A stretch of DNA of 64,000 nt from Octopus vulgaris (Eukaryota), in contig OX597815.1 of assembly GCA_951406725.2 (NCBI GenBank), positions 105,400,001-105,464,000 of the forward strand, in the 5' to 3' direction. The translations under genes were made by a program, and so were the position numbers. Position 1 is the stretch's first letter; every line of letters starts with the position of its first letter. The notes beneath the pieces were generated by a model. That model ran no database searches. It saw only the letters and a program-made list of their open reading frames with translations, and had not been told where the DNA came from. Positions 14,534-29,670 of the stretch are shown piece by piece.

Positions 14534-16537
14534 TTAATGGTCTCAGTTCTTCGAAGCTGCCTGAGCTCAGGCTACCTTCATTCAGGGATTCTCAATACAC
14601 GCGCCTCTCCTCTTCTCATTATCTTTCCTATCTCCAATCCCCAACCCCCGGACTAATCGCCGTACCCAGAACTCTCCAAGAACCTCAGCTCCTTTGAAGT
14701 TCCGTCTTGTTCATGTCTTTTCCGCAGGTGTTGAGTTAAAAGGTTCAACAGGAACATGTATAGCATGAATCTTATTGGTATAGGAGGGCGTGCGGAAGCT
14801 ATGGTGACTCTCGCTTCCACCAGACACTCTAAGTAAAAAAAATTGAATATTGAGTTGCAATCCAGTTAATGATTTACTTTCGACATTAAAATCTAGCATT
14901 GACGTAAGGAGCAATCTAGTCAGCTTAGATATTTCTATACGTTACTTCAATGAGATTTTATATTGTATCTAAACTCCGCCATCTTTTTTGTAAATGTGCT
15001 TACAATTTCCTGTGCTTAAAATTGTAATAAGGTACAAAAGTTTGGTTGATATAATTCCATTCGTGTAGATGCTGAAATTTACATTGATGTACAAAAATTT
15101 ATCGTCTCGTAGAATCTGGATTATTGTTCTCTGTTACTCCTACTAAAGAGACCGACTTGCGAGAAAAGAAAAAATAAACATATTACTTTTTTATCTATAT
15201 TTATCTTTCTTTTTCATTTTGTAATTCTCTCCAAAAATATTTTGAGTGGTTTATAATAAAGAATATATTCCGACAGAAATGTCTGTTTATGGTTGTTTTG
15301 TTATTGTCAGTCGCGATGTATTTTTGTAAAGATTTCAATGTTTGGCTACTAACTTAAACTGCGTCACGAGAGATTACACAAATAACATTGCATTTTACCA
15401 AAGACCAGAATTTTTTCCCACAAGTTTATTACAAAGCTTTTTATTTAATAGATTGTCAATTTTCTTTTCTCCTGATATTCATTGATGTGTATTTCGGATG
15501 CACAACGAGATATACAAAGTGAAGTAATAATATCATTTACATCAGCTGCGTTATCGAAGCAGTGAGTTCTAATTTAACGCTTTCTAATCTGTTAAACGAC
15601 GGATTCAGACAAGAATTACAATTTCATCATTACTGAAATTTGATCTGAACAAATTTAGTTAACGCCATATGCGCCGATTGCTTTTGTTTAAACAACATTT
15701 CTTTTGAATGCGATAATCTCCAAATTTTCTTGTTGATGGATGCGTCTATGAAGATACATATTAGATTAAACACAAATTTGTCTACTATCAGAGAAACAAT
15801 TTTGCATGCAGTCTGTCATACTATGAATATATAGCTTCAGAGAGATAACAACACCAAAATACAGTTTACAGTAACGTTATGTTTATACGAAGTAATGTTA
15901 ATATGAATACTATGCTTATATGATGGTTAAGTCCATACTAGAGGGACCCGTGAATGTTTTATGGAATTAATGGTAAACTTGTTGGGTTATTTCTGAAAAC
16001 CTAATCCAAAAGAACCTGAAAGCGTAGCCTGTGTAGTGTCTGTATGGAAAAATAGTCACTCATCTGCTACTTATTGAAAAGTGAGCGAAACTGGAATACG
16101 ATGATTACTTAATGCACAATTTTATAGACTTAATACACAGTACTCATAAAATAAATAGTCACTCTTATTTTTCCATTTTTCCCGTAAACAAACAAATAAA
16201 AGTATCCCGAACATATGATACAACCTTTAGTTAAATTGCATATATCTGCCACATAAAAAAGCTTGAATTTCATGGAATTGCACTTATGCGCATACGTTAA
16301 GCAATTGGTGATCTAAAAAAACACCACCATCATCATCATCATCATGTCTCTACCCTCTCTCTTTCTTCTCTTTCTCCTCTCTCTTCTCTCTTTCTCCCCT
16401 TTTTCTCTACCTCTATATACCCTCACCATCACAACATCACTCCTCTCTTAAAATTATATTTCTAACTCTCTTCCACTACCTTCAACTGTTATAATCACGT
16501 AATAAATATTACGTTCCCCTACCTCAAGTCATGAACG

Positions 16538-16591
<54 letters not shown>

Positions 16592-17269
16592 CCTCTTTCT
16601 GTCTCACTCTTCGCCTTATCCTCTTTTTCTCTCTCCTTTTTCTTTCTTCTTTCTTTCCTTTCAACTCATCACGTGAAAGCGTTACGATTACATTCCCTCT
16701 ACCTCCAGTCATAAACGCTTCTCTCTCCTTCTTTTCCTCTAATCACGTGAAAGCATTACCGGCGGGCTAAGTAACGCAATGGCAAGCAAAATTATTATAA
16801 GATGATGATTATATTATATGAAAATGATATTCATATGGCCATATTTATGCGAAGACAGTAATCATACGAAAGCTATATCCATATGACTATGTATCTATGG
16901 AGGTATTTATATTCTAAGATTATGTCTTTGTCTATCATTTAGAGGTAGAATGGTACGAGGGTAAATATATTCTCTGAACAGATTCCGTCAACAATCGAAG
17001 TCATATTGGCGGAACAGTTTTTGTGGTGTCTTACAACGAGATAGTTAAATATTTGATGAGTTTGTCTTGGACCAATACAATCACTGACGAATTTCAATCC
17101 GTTTTGTTTGGAAGTTTGTGGAAATGCAGTTTCTTTTCGGACGAATAATACTTTTTTTTTCGCTGAATAATATTTACACATGATTCCCAGTTGATTTCGT
17201 CTAATTTCTCTTTGTATCATTTATTCGTCTAACAATGCTCTTTTGTTCAATAAATTTTGAATAATAGCA

Positions 17270-17335
<66 letters not shown>

Positions 17336-17336
<1 letters not shown>

Positions 17337-18240
17337 CTTCGTAACACAGTGTAGGTAAAAATGTACTGGAGTCTTTAGTCATCTGTCAAGTCACAACAAG
17401 GACCTCAGACAGATAATACTTTCCTTAAGATGTTTACTGTGCCCAATAACACTGCTTTTTGCAAGACATCAAGTTTTAATGGGATTGAATCGACACACTC
17501 CGATAACTACGGGTATCACTTTTACGTTACCCTCTCGCAATCCATACAGTCTTGCCATTTCCACTTTCAATTTAGAGAACTTTGTGATTTTTTCAACCTC
17601 TTACAACATTCATGTCATTTGGTATGGCTACATCAATGATCTGACGGTATGTTTCTTTTCTTCAATATGACAATATCCGGCCGGTGGTGTTTGATTACAC
17701 GATCCGTCTGAAAATCATAGTCCCCGTGTATCGCTACTTTTCCATACTCCTGCATAGCTTTACTTGATATATTCTCATACCAGTTCTCTGTTACTTCATA
17801 TTGGTATTTACGGCATAAGAGCCAATGAAGATACACACATACTTTACCGTGGCGGCGCTTGTATTCTTTTTGTGCAAGCCTCTTACATCCACTTACCAAG
17901 TGGGTCACATTTTCCCCACTCTTTCCACAGAGTCTGTATTTCTGGGTGTCAGAAGTTTTATAGATGTTATACTTCACTGAATTGGTAGCGAAAACCTTGT
18001 CTTGTGCTGCAATAATCAGGCTTTCGTGGTACGCCTCAAATCACCTCGCTCGAGCCATACCCACGATGCCATATTATTCCTTTCAAACCAACCGTGCGTT
18101 CTCATTTCAATAAGGTCTTCTTTTCTCTTCTTCTCAGCTCTTTGGTTAAGCTCTTCCTTGCCCAACATTGCATTTGCCTTTCATCACTATTTATCAAATA
18201 CTCTGCAAGCGTTCTCCTTTCACTCCTTATACAATGGTCT
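17336..18240 (-). mobile_element. Dong/R4 LINE 3' fragment A (zinc knuckle plus RLE) with (TAA)n tail at 17271-17335
   Basis: RLCGKSGENVTHLVSGCKRLAQKEYKRRH...DFQTDRVIKHHRPDIVI. Confidence 0.88.
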
Positions 18241-18284
18241 ATACTAATTACTCTTCTACTACCAGATGTCTAATAATAATAATA

Positions 18285-18334
<50 letters not shown>

Positions 18335-18354
18335 CATCATCATCATCATCATCA

Positions 18355-18401
<47 letters not shown>

Positions 18402-18450
18402 GCTGTTGTTGTCGTTGTCATCATCATCATACTAATATTATTATTATTAT

Positions 18451-19620
18451 CTTACCTAGAACAACTTGTATTATTCTTTTTCATCATTTTGTTGGAGCTC
18501 CTGGAGTCTTGCATGCGTAGCGGGCTTACCACCTGTACTATGCTAACCGTTCTTTTCAGCTATCTAATACTTTCTTGATTATTCTGGAGGCAAACTTTTT
18601 GTAACAGTTCTGCTGGGCACTCTATTCCAATTTCCTTTATATTAATCTTCATGCCTTCTGATATTGTTCCCAAGTACCCAACAATAATTGACACTATCTT
18701 CACCTTCTTCATTTTCCTCAGCCGGTCTATTTCGTACTTAAGAAGGTTGTATCTATCTAACTTTTCGCCTTCCTTCTTGACTATTCGTGGGTGAAAGGGA
18801 CATGCAACATCAACTGTACAGCATATGTGGTGCATCTTGCCCACCACCACTAGGTCCAGTCAGCTACGCTCTAGCACCTGATCTGTTTGGATTGGGAAAT
18901 CCCAGAGGATTTTGCCAATCTCGGAATCCGCCACTCTCTGCGGTTTGTGCTCATACCATGTCTTGCCTCTTTCTAGCCAACACTTTTCACAGTTTCCAAT
19001 GTAGCGCTTACGCTACCTGGTCGTATCGCCACAACATGTAGTGGTTTTGGGTAGGTCTAGGGCATTCGTTCGTGATATTGGAAATGGTTCCATCCATCTA
19101 TTGCAGATGCGGCACAGCGGAGACACTTGTTCATTCCTAATGTTGACCTTCCAGTTTGTGGCCAAAGCTTGGTCTTTCGCTGCCAGCTTAGTGCTCCCGG
19201 TTTCTTTTTATAGGGTCCCTTTCATCAGCCAATCCCACCTATTTTTTCCAGCAACTTCTGTTGTGGTTACATGCAGTCGATTGTGTAGTACCTTCTTTCG
19301 TAATTCTTCTTCATGTCCTTTTTGCATTTCTTCCTTTGTTTTCCCTTTTTTCTCTGTTCTCAATACTCCCTCGTTCCTAACTGTTACTAGCAAGGTTTCC
19401 TTACTTTGGGCTAGATATCTCTCGAGTTAGATACGCACACAATCTTCCACACTTATCAGCCACCTTCCTCCATTTGCTCTCTTCATGTATAGCCGATCAG
19501 TGTCTGTACGTATATGATGGGCTCCATACATCGTTAAGAGCTTCCTTGACCTCCTGTCCATTTTCTTAGCTCCTCTTCTGTCCACTTCAAGATTCCCGCG
19601 CCATACCGAACTACTGTGAT
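18451..19620 (-). mobile_element. Dong/R4 LINE 3' fragment B with (TAA)n tail
   Basis: VDVACPFHPRIVKKEGEKLDRY...IVSIIVGYLG; upstream MYGAHH..DTDRLYM and a CRIC knuckle. Confidence 0.85.
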
Positions 19621-20735
19621 ACTGATTTTTGTAGGTATTCTACCTATACGTTTGTACCAATATTTGAGAGCCATTCTGGTAGTTGAGTGCTGATACTTCC
19701 AAGTGTGCCAATTTCTATTGGTATCACGTCTACTATCCTCATTGATAACAACCTTCGTATTCCCAACTTCAATTCGTCATAGTTGTTCAGTTTTTCTTCT
19801 TTCTCTTTGATTTTGTTGTGATTGGGACATACTATGTCGATTATCATGCATATCCTTTTTTTTCACCATAACAATGTCCAATGTTCGATATCTGGTCAGG
19901 TGATTGTACTGAATCATTGCATCCCACAGGGTTTTGCAATCTTCATTCTCGGTGACTCTCTCTCTAGGGTTTGCTCATACCACGTCTTTGCTCTTTGTAG
20001 GACGTGATTTCCACAGAGCTCCCAATGGATCGTTCTTGCCACATTGTTATGTCGCTTTGTGCCAATTTCGGGCATTCGCTAACGATGTGCCATATCGTTT
20101 CACCCCTCTCACCACATATTCTGCATTTGTCACTGTCAATAGTGTTATCGATTCTGCACTTCATATAGTCTTTAACGCTTGTTCTTGAGCTGCGCATATA
20201 AATGCTTATGTCTCTATCTTCAGGTCACTCCTCTTCATCCATAGCCACCAGTCTTGGCGTTCGTATCTCTTGCAAATTTACCGTACATTTTTCTCCTTCC
20301 ATGCTGTTTCTTCTTTTGTGTTCCTTTCCTGTTTAAGTTTTTCTTTCTTACATAATTATTAGTTTTAATGACGCCGGCCTTCTTTATGTTTCAACAATGG
20401 TTCCACGGTATTTCTTACATACCACCATGAGCTGTTCTCCTCTCCTATACAACCCTGGCAACAGATTAAACCTTTCCTACACTTTTTTCTGGACAAGTAC
20501 AGCCTATCGGCGTCACTCTTAGAGTGAAAGGCTCCATGCACTGTCAACATTTTTCTTGTCTTCATCATTCCTTTCTTTTGTCATTTTACAATTCCAGGTC
20601 CAAACGGAAGTGATGCTATCGGCCATGTATTAACTGCTTGGATTTTACTCCATCCGGTCAATTTTTAGAGCAACACCAATCTTAGTCTTTGGAAATATTC
20701 TACCATCAGTTGCTCTATCATTTTTTTCTCTTAGA
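19620..20735 (-). mobile_element. Dong/R4 LINE fragment C
   Basis: KTRKMLTVHGAFHSKSDADRLYL, CRICGERGETIWHIVSEC, IIDIVCP..KIKEKEEKL. Confidence 0.85.
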
Positions 20736-21239
20736 GCAGCGCATGCCATCAAAGTGACACTGGGGCACAAATATACGAAGTCCAATATATCTATCATGAC
20801 TACTCGTCTGATAAGGATTCACCAGGCACATGCATCACAACCATATATACGCGACATGGTGATATCATATCAAGATAAACAGTGGATGACCTAGTAGATG
20901 GAGCCAAGTTAGAATCTTTTTCAGGTCGAGTAGCCCATCCCGCTCAAAAAAGGTCGCTGAATAATGTTTGTTTAAGGATGATGAACGAAATACTCATGTT
21001 TCCTGAGGTGAATTTTTCAACACCCCCACCCCCAAAATCATCTCAACACATGACTATGGTTCTCCCCAGTACTCTTGATCGTGATCAGTGGTGCACATAT
21101 TGTCAGCCACCAAGGTACATGCTCAACTGGTTAAGGTCAAACAACTGACAAACAAATCTGTGGTACTGAGAGCAACTTTTGCTGATGCCCATCTTTTATA
21201 TCAAATCAAAACATGTACATGATAACACTTCCAATCAGT

Positions 21240-21240
<1 letters not shown>
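20735..21240 (-). mobile_element. ~550-bp non-coding element, diverged copy
   Basis: Aligns by eye with 21990-22547; followed by (TAG)n at 21240-21324. Confidence 0.8.
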
Positions 21241-21325
<85 letters not shown>

Positions 21326-21377
21326 ATGTGTTGTTGTTGTTGCTGCTACTGCTGTTGCTGTTGTTATTGTCATCATC

Positions 21378-21586
21378 AACGCAGTGAACTGACAGAATCG
21401 TTAGCGCACCGTGAGAAATGCTTCGCAGTATTCGTCCGTCTTTACGTTGAGTTCAAAGTCTACCGATATCGACTTTGTCATTCATCCTTAAGGTTTCGAT
21501 AAAATAAGTACCAGTTGAGTACTGGGGGTGATGTAATCGACTATCCCCTTCCCCAAATTTCAGGCTTTGTGTCTTTAGTAGAAAGG
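21378..21586 (+). mobile_element. Meta/MESC-like tRNA SINE, diverged
   Basis: CTGACAGAATCGTTAGC...GAGTTCAAA...GATAAAATAAGTACCAG. Confidence 0.75.
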
Positions 21587-21631
<45 letters not shown>

Positions 21632-21962
21632 GCCTTTTCACAACTTCTATCGCTGGAGATGTACTACAGTGTCAGCTGTTCACTAACAGTGAACTTAGGA
21701 AACACCTCTTATTTTTCGAGCACCTTCCGGAGTATTCGAGAGGTTCCAAGTGCAGTTCTCTGCAAGTGCTCCACCCTTATTGTAGCCCCTATTTGTTCCA
21801 CGTACTTCTCGATATTTTTGCTCACTGTTCCCAGGGTTCTGACAATTATTGGTACTACTGCTACTTTTTTCATCGACCACAACTGCTTAACTTCCAAAGC
21901 TAATCTGTATCTCTCTACTTTTCTTTCTTCCTTATCGCATACCTTGCTGTCAGTTGGGCATG
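21632..21962 (-). mobile_element. Dong/R4 LINE extreme 3' end D, between two (TTA)n arrays
   Basis: ACPTDSKVCDKEERKVERY..LALEVKQLWSMKKVAVVPII...LQRTALGTSRILRKVL. Confidence 0.88.
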
Positions 21963-21989
21963 CATTATTATTATTATTATTATTATTAT

Positions 21990-22546
21990 TGAGTGAGAGA
22001 GAGCAGTGCATGCCATTAAAGTGACACTGGGGTACAATATACGAAGCCCAGTATACCTATCATGACTACGTGTCTGATAACGGTACACTAGCCACATGCA
22101 TCACAACCATATGTGCGCGACATGGTGATCTCATATAAAGATAAACAGCACATGACCTTGCAGGTGGGGCCCAGTAAGAATTTTCTTCTGGTCGAGTAAC
22201 CCATCCCCCTCAAAAGGTCCCTGAATAAGGGTTATTTAAGGACGTTGAACGAAACACCCATATTTCCAGAGGTGAATTATTCAAACCCCAAAGAATCCCT
22301 CTCACAACATGGCTATGATGCTCCGCCACTACTTCTGCACGTGATCAGTGGTACACATATCGTCAGCCACTAAGATACATGCTCAACTGGTTATGGTCAA
22401 ACAAGTCACAAGCAAATCTGTGGCATTGAACAAAATATTTTCTGTAGCCCATCTTTTATACCAAGACAAAACAATGTACATGATAACACTTCCAATCAGT
22501 TAAGATCAGAAGCCACGAGAGTCACTGTCAGGTACTGCATCAGGGC

Positions 22547-22547
<1 letters not shown>
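21990..22547 (-). mobile_element. ~550-bp non-coding element, full-length, (TAA)n on both sides
   Basis: Starts GCCCTGATGCAGTACC, the same 5' end as the 38937-39490 copy. Confidence 0.85.
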
Positions 22548-23229
<682 letters not shown>

Positions 23230-23938
23230 GAATTAGCGCGGAAGAAAATGCGTTGCAAAATTCGTTTACAACTAACAGCGTTCTTAATTTAAATCCCATT
23301 GAGGTTTACTCTATCTTTGACTCTTTCCCGAATCAATAACATAAATTAAGAGTCTAGTTCTGGAATCGATTAAATTGACTTTTCTTTCTTCTCCAGATTA
23401 GAGTCCTTGCATGGTGTAGTCGATTTTTTATCATTATTTGTTTTGCAATATTAGTTCTAGTTATCATCTACTAATGTGTCTTTATTGCTATTGTTGATCT
23501 CATCGTTTTATTCGATGTAAATATTTCGGGTCATTGTCCGTTATTTCGTATGCATTTCGCCTTTATACTGTCCTGAATATATTGGTCCCTTGTGGCAAAT
23601 AACAGAAATAATAACTACAGTCTTTCATTATTATTATTGTTTTTTGTTATTGATGTTCTGCTTTGTTATTTCATGGACATGGTTTATTCATCGAACCACA
23701 ATTCGAGATCTAGGATGGGAAACATTTTATACGTTTTGTATAAACTTTTTCCTTTCCTGCTCGTCATATCTTCTCTACGCACTTTGGATTAAGGATTTCT
23801 TGGATAATTCTTGTTGAACGGAGTAAACATTTGCACTGCACCTATTCCGATGTTAAGATCAAAGTTTTGAAGATCAGCAGTATCATGACTGCGTTGATTT
23901 TCTGCACCAGCACTTCAGGATTTCTTACTTGAAGTCAG

Positions 23939-24960
23939 TATTATCAAGCTGAGTTAAAAGTAAGCAACGTTTTGAAACATGAAATTCATCACAATATATT
24001 TCAACAATGCGGAAATTTTATTCATCAAAGTAAGTACCATCACATTCATCGCATTTTTGCTAATGAGTTACAAGTTTATTTTGGTAACATAAAAATCTGG
24101 AGTTCTGGAGCAGGTGAACTCTTTGAACGCACTTTCAGCATCGATTTGATTTTTTAACTCCTCTCGCAGGAAACCATCACGGTGCTTGAAACAGTTGTAG
24201 TCGGTAGGAGAAAGGTCTGGAGAATAAGCTGGGTGGGGAAGAACTTCGTAGCCAAGTTCCCTTAACTTCTGGAGCGTCATTAGTGAAATGTGCTGTCGAG
24301 CATTGTAATGAAGAATGATCGGCCCTCTTCTGTTGACCAGTCTGGGACGGAAGAGGAGCAGTGTTTCGTTTATTTTGGCAATTTCTGCAGTAATAATTTT
24401 TCTGGGTTTTAAGAAGTTATAGTGGATGAGTCCAGCAGTACACCACCAAACAGTCACCATAACCTTTTTTTGAAGAGCTCGGGTTTAGGGAAAGTTTTCG
24501 GTACTTCATTTTGGTCCAACCACTGCGAAGAACGTTTTTTTTTTTTAATGATTGTACAGAATCCACTTTCCATCGCAAGTTAAAATACAACCGAGAAATG
24601 GATCGTTTTGGTAACGGAAAAGGAGCGACGAGCAAATTTTATATCTGCGCATTTTCTGATTTTCATTCAATTCGTGTGGTACACATTTGTCGAGCATTTT
24701 TATTTTCCGGTCGAATGCAAATGGTTGCAGGCAGTTTTCTAACTAACTAGAAGTTCTTTTGCCAGTTCTTGAGTGGTTTTACGTGGATTTTTCTCAATGA
24801 CGGTCTTTAATTGACTGTCATCAATGACGATCTTCAAGAGTCAGGTCTCCACTGCGAAATTGTTTAAATTATTTTCGAGCTGACCACTCACTGGTCATTT
24901 CCTCATCAAACGTTTTGTTGATATCACGAGTAGTTTTAGCTGTTTTACAAAAGCTACAAG
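23939..24960 (-). mobile_element. mariner (DD34D-type) relic
   Basis: VTVWW..GLIHYNFL, LHYNARQH...PHPAYSPDLSPTDY, HELNENQ. Frameshifted. Confidence 0.88.
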
Positions 24961-25379
24961 ATCAGAAATTCTTGTGAGATGGAGCAGCTGAATATATCGA
25001 CCGACCACGAGTAGTTAATTGGTACTTTGATTTATTGGCACATCACCTCCAGAAGGAAGAAAGGCAGAATGTTGACCCTGGCTGGATTTGAAATCAGAAT
25101 GCACAGGAATGTGTTGCAAAATACTTCAGGTTAAGCACTTTTTTGAAGTTGAATAGCCAAATTGCTCGAATATCGCGCTTTAACAGTTCCATTTCAGATG
25201 ATTGTAACAAGGGTGAAAAAAGTAACAATGTTAATTTATTGATGCATTTTGGTAAGTCTATGTCTGTATTATCAGACAATTTCAAAACTATATTTAAAAA
25301 CAACACTCTGCAAAAATCCGGTACAAATTCTTTATGGTTCAAAACGTTGCTTACTTTTTACTCAACCTGATATAATTTT

Positions 25380-25560
25380 TTTTCTTCTTTCTGTTTACTC
25401 TGATGTCAAATGGGTGCCACATCGATTAAAATACATAGTTTCTTCTTGTCATCAACTATAATATCCCCCTTATTGCATTCTATTCTTCTTTTGGTTCGTA
25501 TAGGAAGTCCCGCAACAGCCTCACTATCGTTTTCCAGATCTTGTATTTCTGTTTCCTACA
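25380..25560 (-). pseudogene. Old Dong/R4 RLE fragment
   Basis: PIRTKRRIECNKGDIIVDDKKKLCILIDVA resembles the RPDI..IDV endonuclease motif. Confidence 0.45.
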
Positions 25561-25798
25561 TATAATTATAGCTTCTTTTATCTGGGCATGCAAAACTCAA
25601 ATTTATTGTAAATTTTGCAGTAAATTATTGTAGCAAAATTAGCATGCCTACACTTTTATATTCATTCTGAGCTAAATGTTGACATTTCCATTCAATGTCT
25701 ACAGTTTTACTGCAGTAAGACGTTAGCAATAGCAACAGAAATAATGGAAAATAATAACTATGACAAAATAATCGTCACCCAGGGGATATTCGAAATCA

Positions 25799-25841
<43 letters not shown>

Positions 25842-26489
25842 TTCTCGCTGTCTTTCTCTTTCACTTTCTCGCGATCCCTCTCTCTCGTTCTCTCCCTCTC
25901 TCACACTTTCTCCCTTTCTTTCTCTCTATCCCTCTTCTTTTTGGTATTCTCCTCCTTCCGACATGCACAAACAATCATTCACACGCAATAAAGCATTCCA
26001 AGTCCCAACCTGAGCCGGAGTATTCCGACCCGACAGTTTCACGTTGCAACAGGAAGAAGGAGGCTAGAAAACAAAACAAAAAAAAACCTGCAAACGCACA
26101 AAACCAACAACAACTAGAACAAGAACATCAACAATATACACAGCAACTCCCTCTGCAACAACGACGAATTACACTAACATCTAACTTTGTGACAGTAAGG
26201 AAAAAAGATATATGACTATCTCATATAGCACAAACTAGAGACATAGAGACTGCAAAATGTACAGTGTGAATGTCTCTGAGGGCTGTCAATAGAGAGATGA
26301 AGGAAAATGAGAGAGAGTCTTTCATATAACGTTGGAAACCCAAGCGCCAACACCTCTAAAGGCTACTTCAGATTTTCCCCATGAAACCCACACACAAAAG
26401 AGATTTTAATATACTTGATTGCTTACAGAAAAACCATTGAAGTAGATGGCTTCCTCTATTCTTTCTTTCGTTCCTACTAATATCACACC

Positions 26490-26997
26490 TTTAAGAGTGG
26501 GTTTCATGAACAGACACGGTCTAGGGTCACCTGACTAGCAGGGGTGCCTGTTCAATGACATTAGGCCATTAGCTATGGGTGTGATAGCCATCGACGACTC
26601 AAGGATTTCCGACATACGTGCTCTGGTGCCCATTTCTTTAATGACTACGGATCCCTGAACTGACCCGAAATTGGAGGTGGAGTGACATTGTCGTTTGGTA
26701 AAAGTTTTGATTTCAAGATTAAGCCATTCTTCCTGGAACTGGGGAGTGAGTCATTTACCCCAGACGTAAACAGTAGAGAGGAGCACGGCAACCGGAATTT
26801 TTCAGGTGACTACACTTAGTTTTAGTCGTTGAGTGGTACACCGTCTTCGGTTGTGTTCAGTTAGTTGATAAGAGAAGGATAAACTAGCCTCATAAACTTG
26901 TTCATATGCTTCCAACTGACTGGCAGGGTATGATTCGATATCTTGAATGCATTAATATGGACATAGGCAAACAGCATCGATTCATCCAGATTGTATC

Positions 26998-27078
<81 letters not shown>

Positions 27079-28300
27079 CTGTAGGCCAGCAGATAGGAAT
27101 AGCATAGAATCGCCACAATTCAAATTATCCAGTTACACAGATAAATAGGGAAGCGATGAGTAGTTACACGGGGGAGGAGTCGCCAAAGTTATTTGGTCTG
27201 CCTATAACTTATGTCTTCATAGACCAGACTCGACCGGGGACCTCTTGCTAGATATCTATTCCAACTGACAGAAGAGCAGAAAAATTGCCTATCCTGTGAA
27301 GCGAGACGTAGTAGTGCTGCTGAGGAAGGACTCGAACAAGGGAGATGATTTCAACAATTTTAGGCCTAAATTCAGAGTTTGAGATTTTGGCCAAGGTATT
27401 AGCGATAAGGTTGTGCATGTCGACGATACCCTAACAAGTGAAGCACGGACATGCACTATCATATATAGATCAATCCACCTCACTCGATACATCATACAAG
27501 TGATGCATAAAGGGTTTGTTAGGGATTTGTAGCGGGCAAATGAGACAACATTCTCCTCGAGAATTTGGACATCAACAGATATCAACTGTTTGCTCTGTTC
27601 TGAAGGACTTTCAGGCCGGTTCGAGATAAACGCTATATTCAGGAAATTGCCGTCAGCCCGAAATATGTGCTGAGTGACAAAACTGTTCAACAGGCACTCG
27701 TTTAGTACCCGAGCTCATTGCTGACTTATGGAGATATGACTAGCAAATGCTGTCGCGTCTAGAATATATTCTACTATCACCTGTGTCGATTGTCAAGATC
27801 GCCCCACTCCATCCTTTGTTGAGAAGAAAAGGCAGTCTTTATATGCCTTGTAGCCTTAACGAAAATGGTTGTCTGATGTACCAGACTGAAAGTGCTAAAG
27901 ATAGATACCTTTCCTCTTTGGCGAAGCCTTCATTAACTTTCCCTTCAGAAGGAAACAGGGGGTGGAGAGCGAAATATTGTCTCCCGGTAAATTTTTTGAA
28001 AGGTAGATGAGAATGAAAAATATTATCCGAGATATGGGCCTGTTCTTAGCGTGTGCCTATTGATTAACGGAGGAGGGTTGGAAGAGTACAATTGCTCGAG
28101 TTGTCAGGTGATTGTAGTGTGATAGGATCTCTACGAGCAGCTTTCGGAAGTGTCCTCTTTTTCATGAATTATTTGTTTCTGATTTTTTCTTTGTTTCTGC
28201 TATTTTAGTGTTTACCCGCTTTTTATATAGCACCACATTGCATTGTATCGTTCTGTACCATTCTTGATCATTATCTTAATTATTAATGACATAGCAGTGT
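26490..28300 (+). mobile_element. Tx1/L1-clade LINE relic (APE plus RT), heavily decayed
   Basis: VVLLRKDSNKGDDFNNFRP...EILAKVLAIRL...RSIH at ~27310-27500; APE-like GGGV near 26675. Boundaries are approximate. Confidence 0.6.
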
Positions 28301-28734
28301 GGCCGAAACAGTGGAGGTCTATATTAAGTTGAATTTATGTTTTCGGATTCAAGTGACCGGTGAGGTGACATTGTATCTCATCTTTTCCTAATCTTTTAAA
28401 TTGTCTTCCTCTACCCATCCAAATGTGTAACTTTTTACGAATCTTTATCATAATCGTCATTATTATCGTTTCGTTATCACCCTCAAGTAAATTTTTAGCA
28501 AATATATTCCATTGCTGAGACTGTGTCACATGAGTTACTTCCCTTCGTCGTGACTATATTGCTTGTGTCTAATCAATATATCCAAGGTTATTTTCTCCTT
28601 TCCTGTCGAACCAACTAAATCCATCTTCCTCGAATGCGTGTTTAGCATAGCTTTACATGATATTCACTTGAGTAGTTACACTCTCGTTCCTCTCTCTTTC
28701 TCTCTCTCCCTCTCTTTCTATCTCGCTTTCTTTC

Positions 28735-28769
<35 letters not shown>

Positions 28770-28905
28770 CACTCTCTCTCTCTCACACACACACACACAT
28801 ACACACACTCACCCTCATGTGAACATACAAACTACTAATATAAGAATAATTGTGTAACTAGCATGTATCTTGGCTAAAATACATCACAACAACACACACA
28901 CACAA

Positions 28906-28936
<31 letters not shown>

Positions 28937-29184
28937 TACATGCACGCACGCAATACAGCTGAGGAGAAAGAGAGGGGGATAGAGAGAGAAAGAGCGAGAA
29001 AAAGAGATGTTCATACATACATGTGTATAAGCATACATATATATATGCACAGAAATATAAACTAGTTGGATTGCATATATATTAACCGACATACACTTCA
29101 CTGCACACATTCTTGCAACATAAATATGAAGATACACATACATATGTATTTTTACAAATGCACACTCAATATGTATGTATGTAA

Positions 29185-29215
<31 letters not shown>

Positions 29216-29311
29216 TGTATGTATGCATGCATGTATGTATGTATGTATATATGTATGTATGTATGTATGCATGTACGTACGTATGCATGTATGTAGGTAC
29301 GTATATATGCT

Positions 29312-29367
<56 letters not shown>

Positions 29368-29547
29368 TACTTACGTATATGTATGTATATGTGAATGTGA
29401 GTATCTATCTGTTTACGTAGTTCTGTTTGTATGTCTGTTGCTAATTTACCCAATAAGAGACAAGAGAGAAAGAAAGGTTGTTATTCAAATATTCAGAGGA
29501 GTGCAAAGAAATATAAGAAGAGAAAGACAACTGAATATTCTTTTCTT

Positions 29548-29670
29548 CTTTAGGCACAGGGCCCGAGATTTTTGTGAAAGGGGACAGTGGATTAGATCGA
29601 CCTCAGTACGCAACTGGTACTTAAGTTATCGACCCCCGAAAGGATGAAAAGCAAAGTCGACCTCGGCAGA
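29548..29670 (-). mobile_element. Meta/MESC-like SINE 3' fragment
   Basis: TATCGACCCCCGAAAGGATGAAAAGCAAAGTCGACCTCGGC. Confidence 0.8.

Noticed and set aside
14820-15800. Possible coding or transposase relic
   Set aside because: No recognisable motif in the frames I read.
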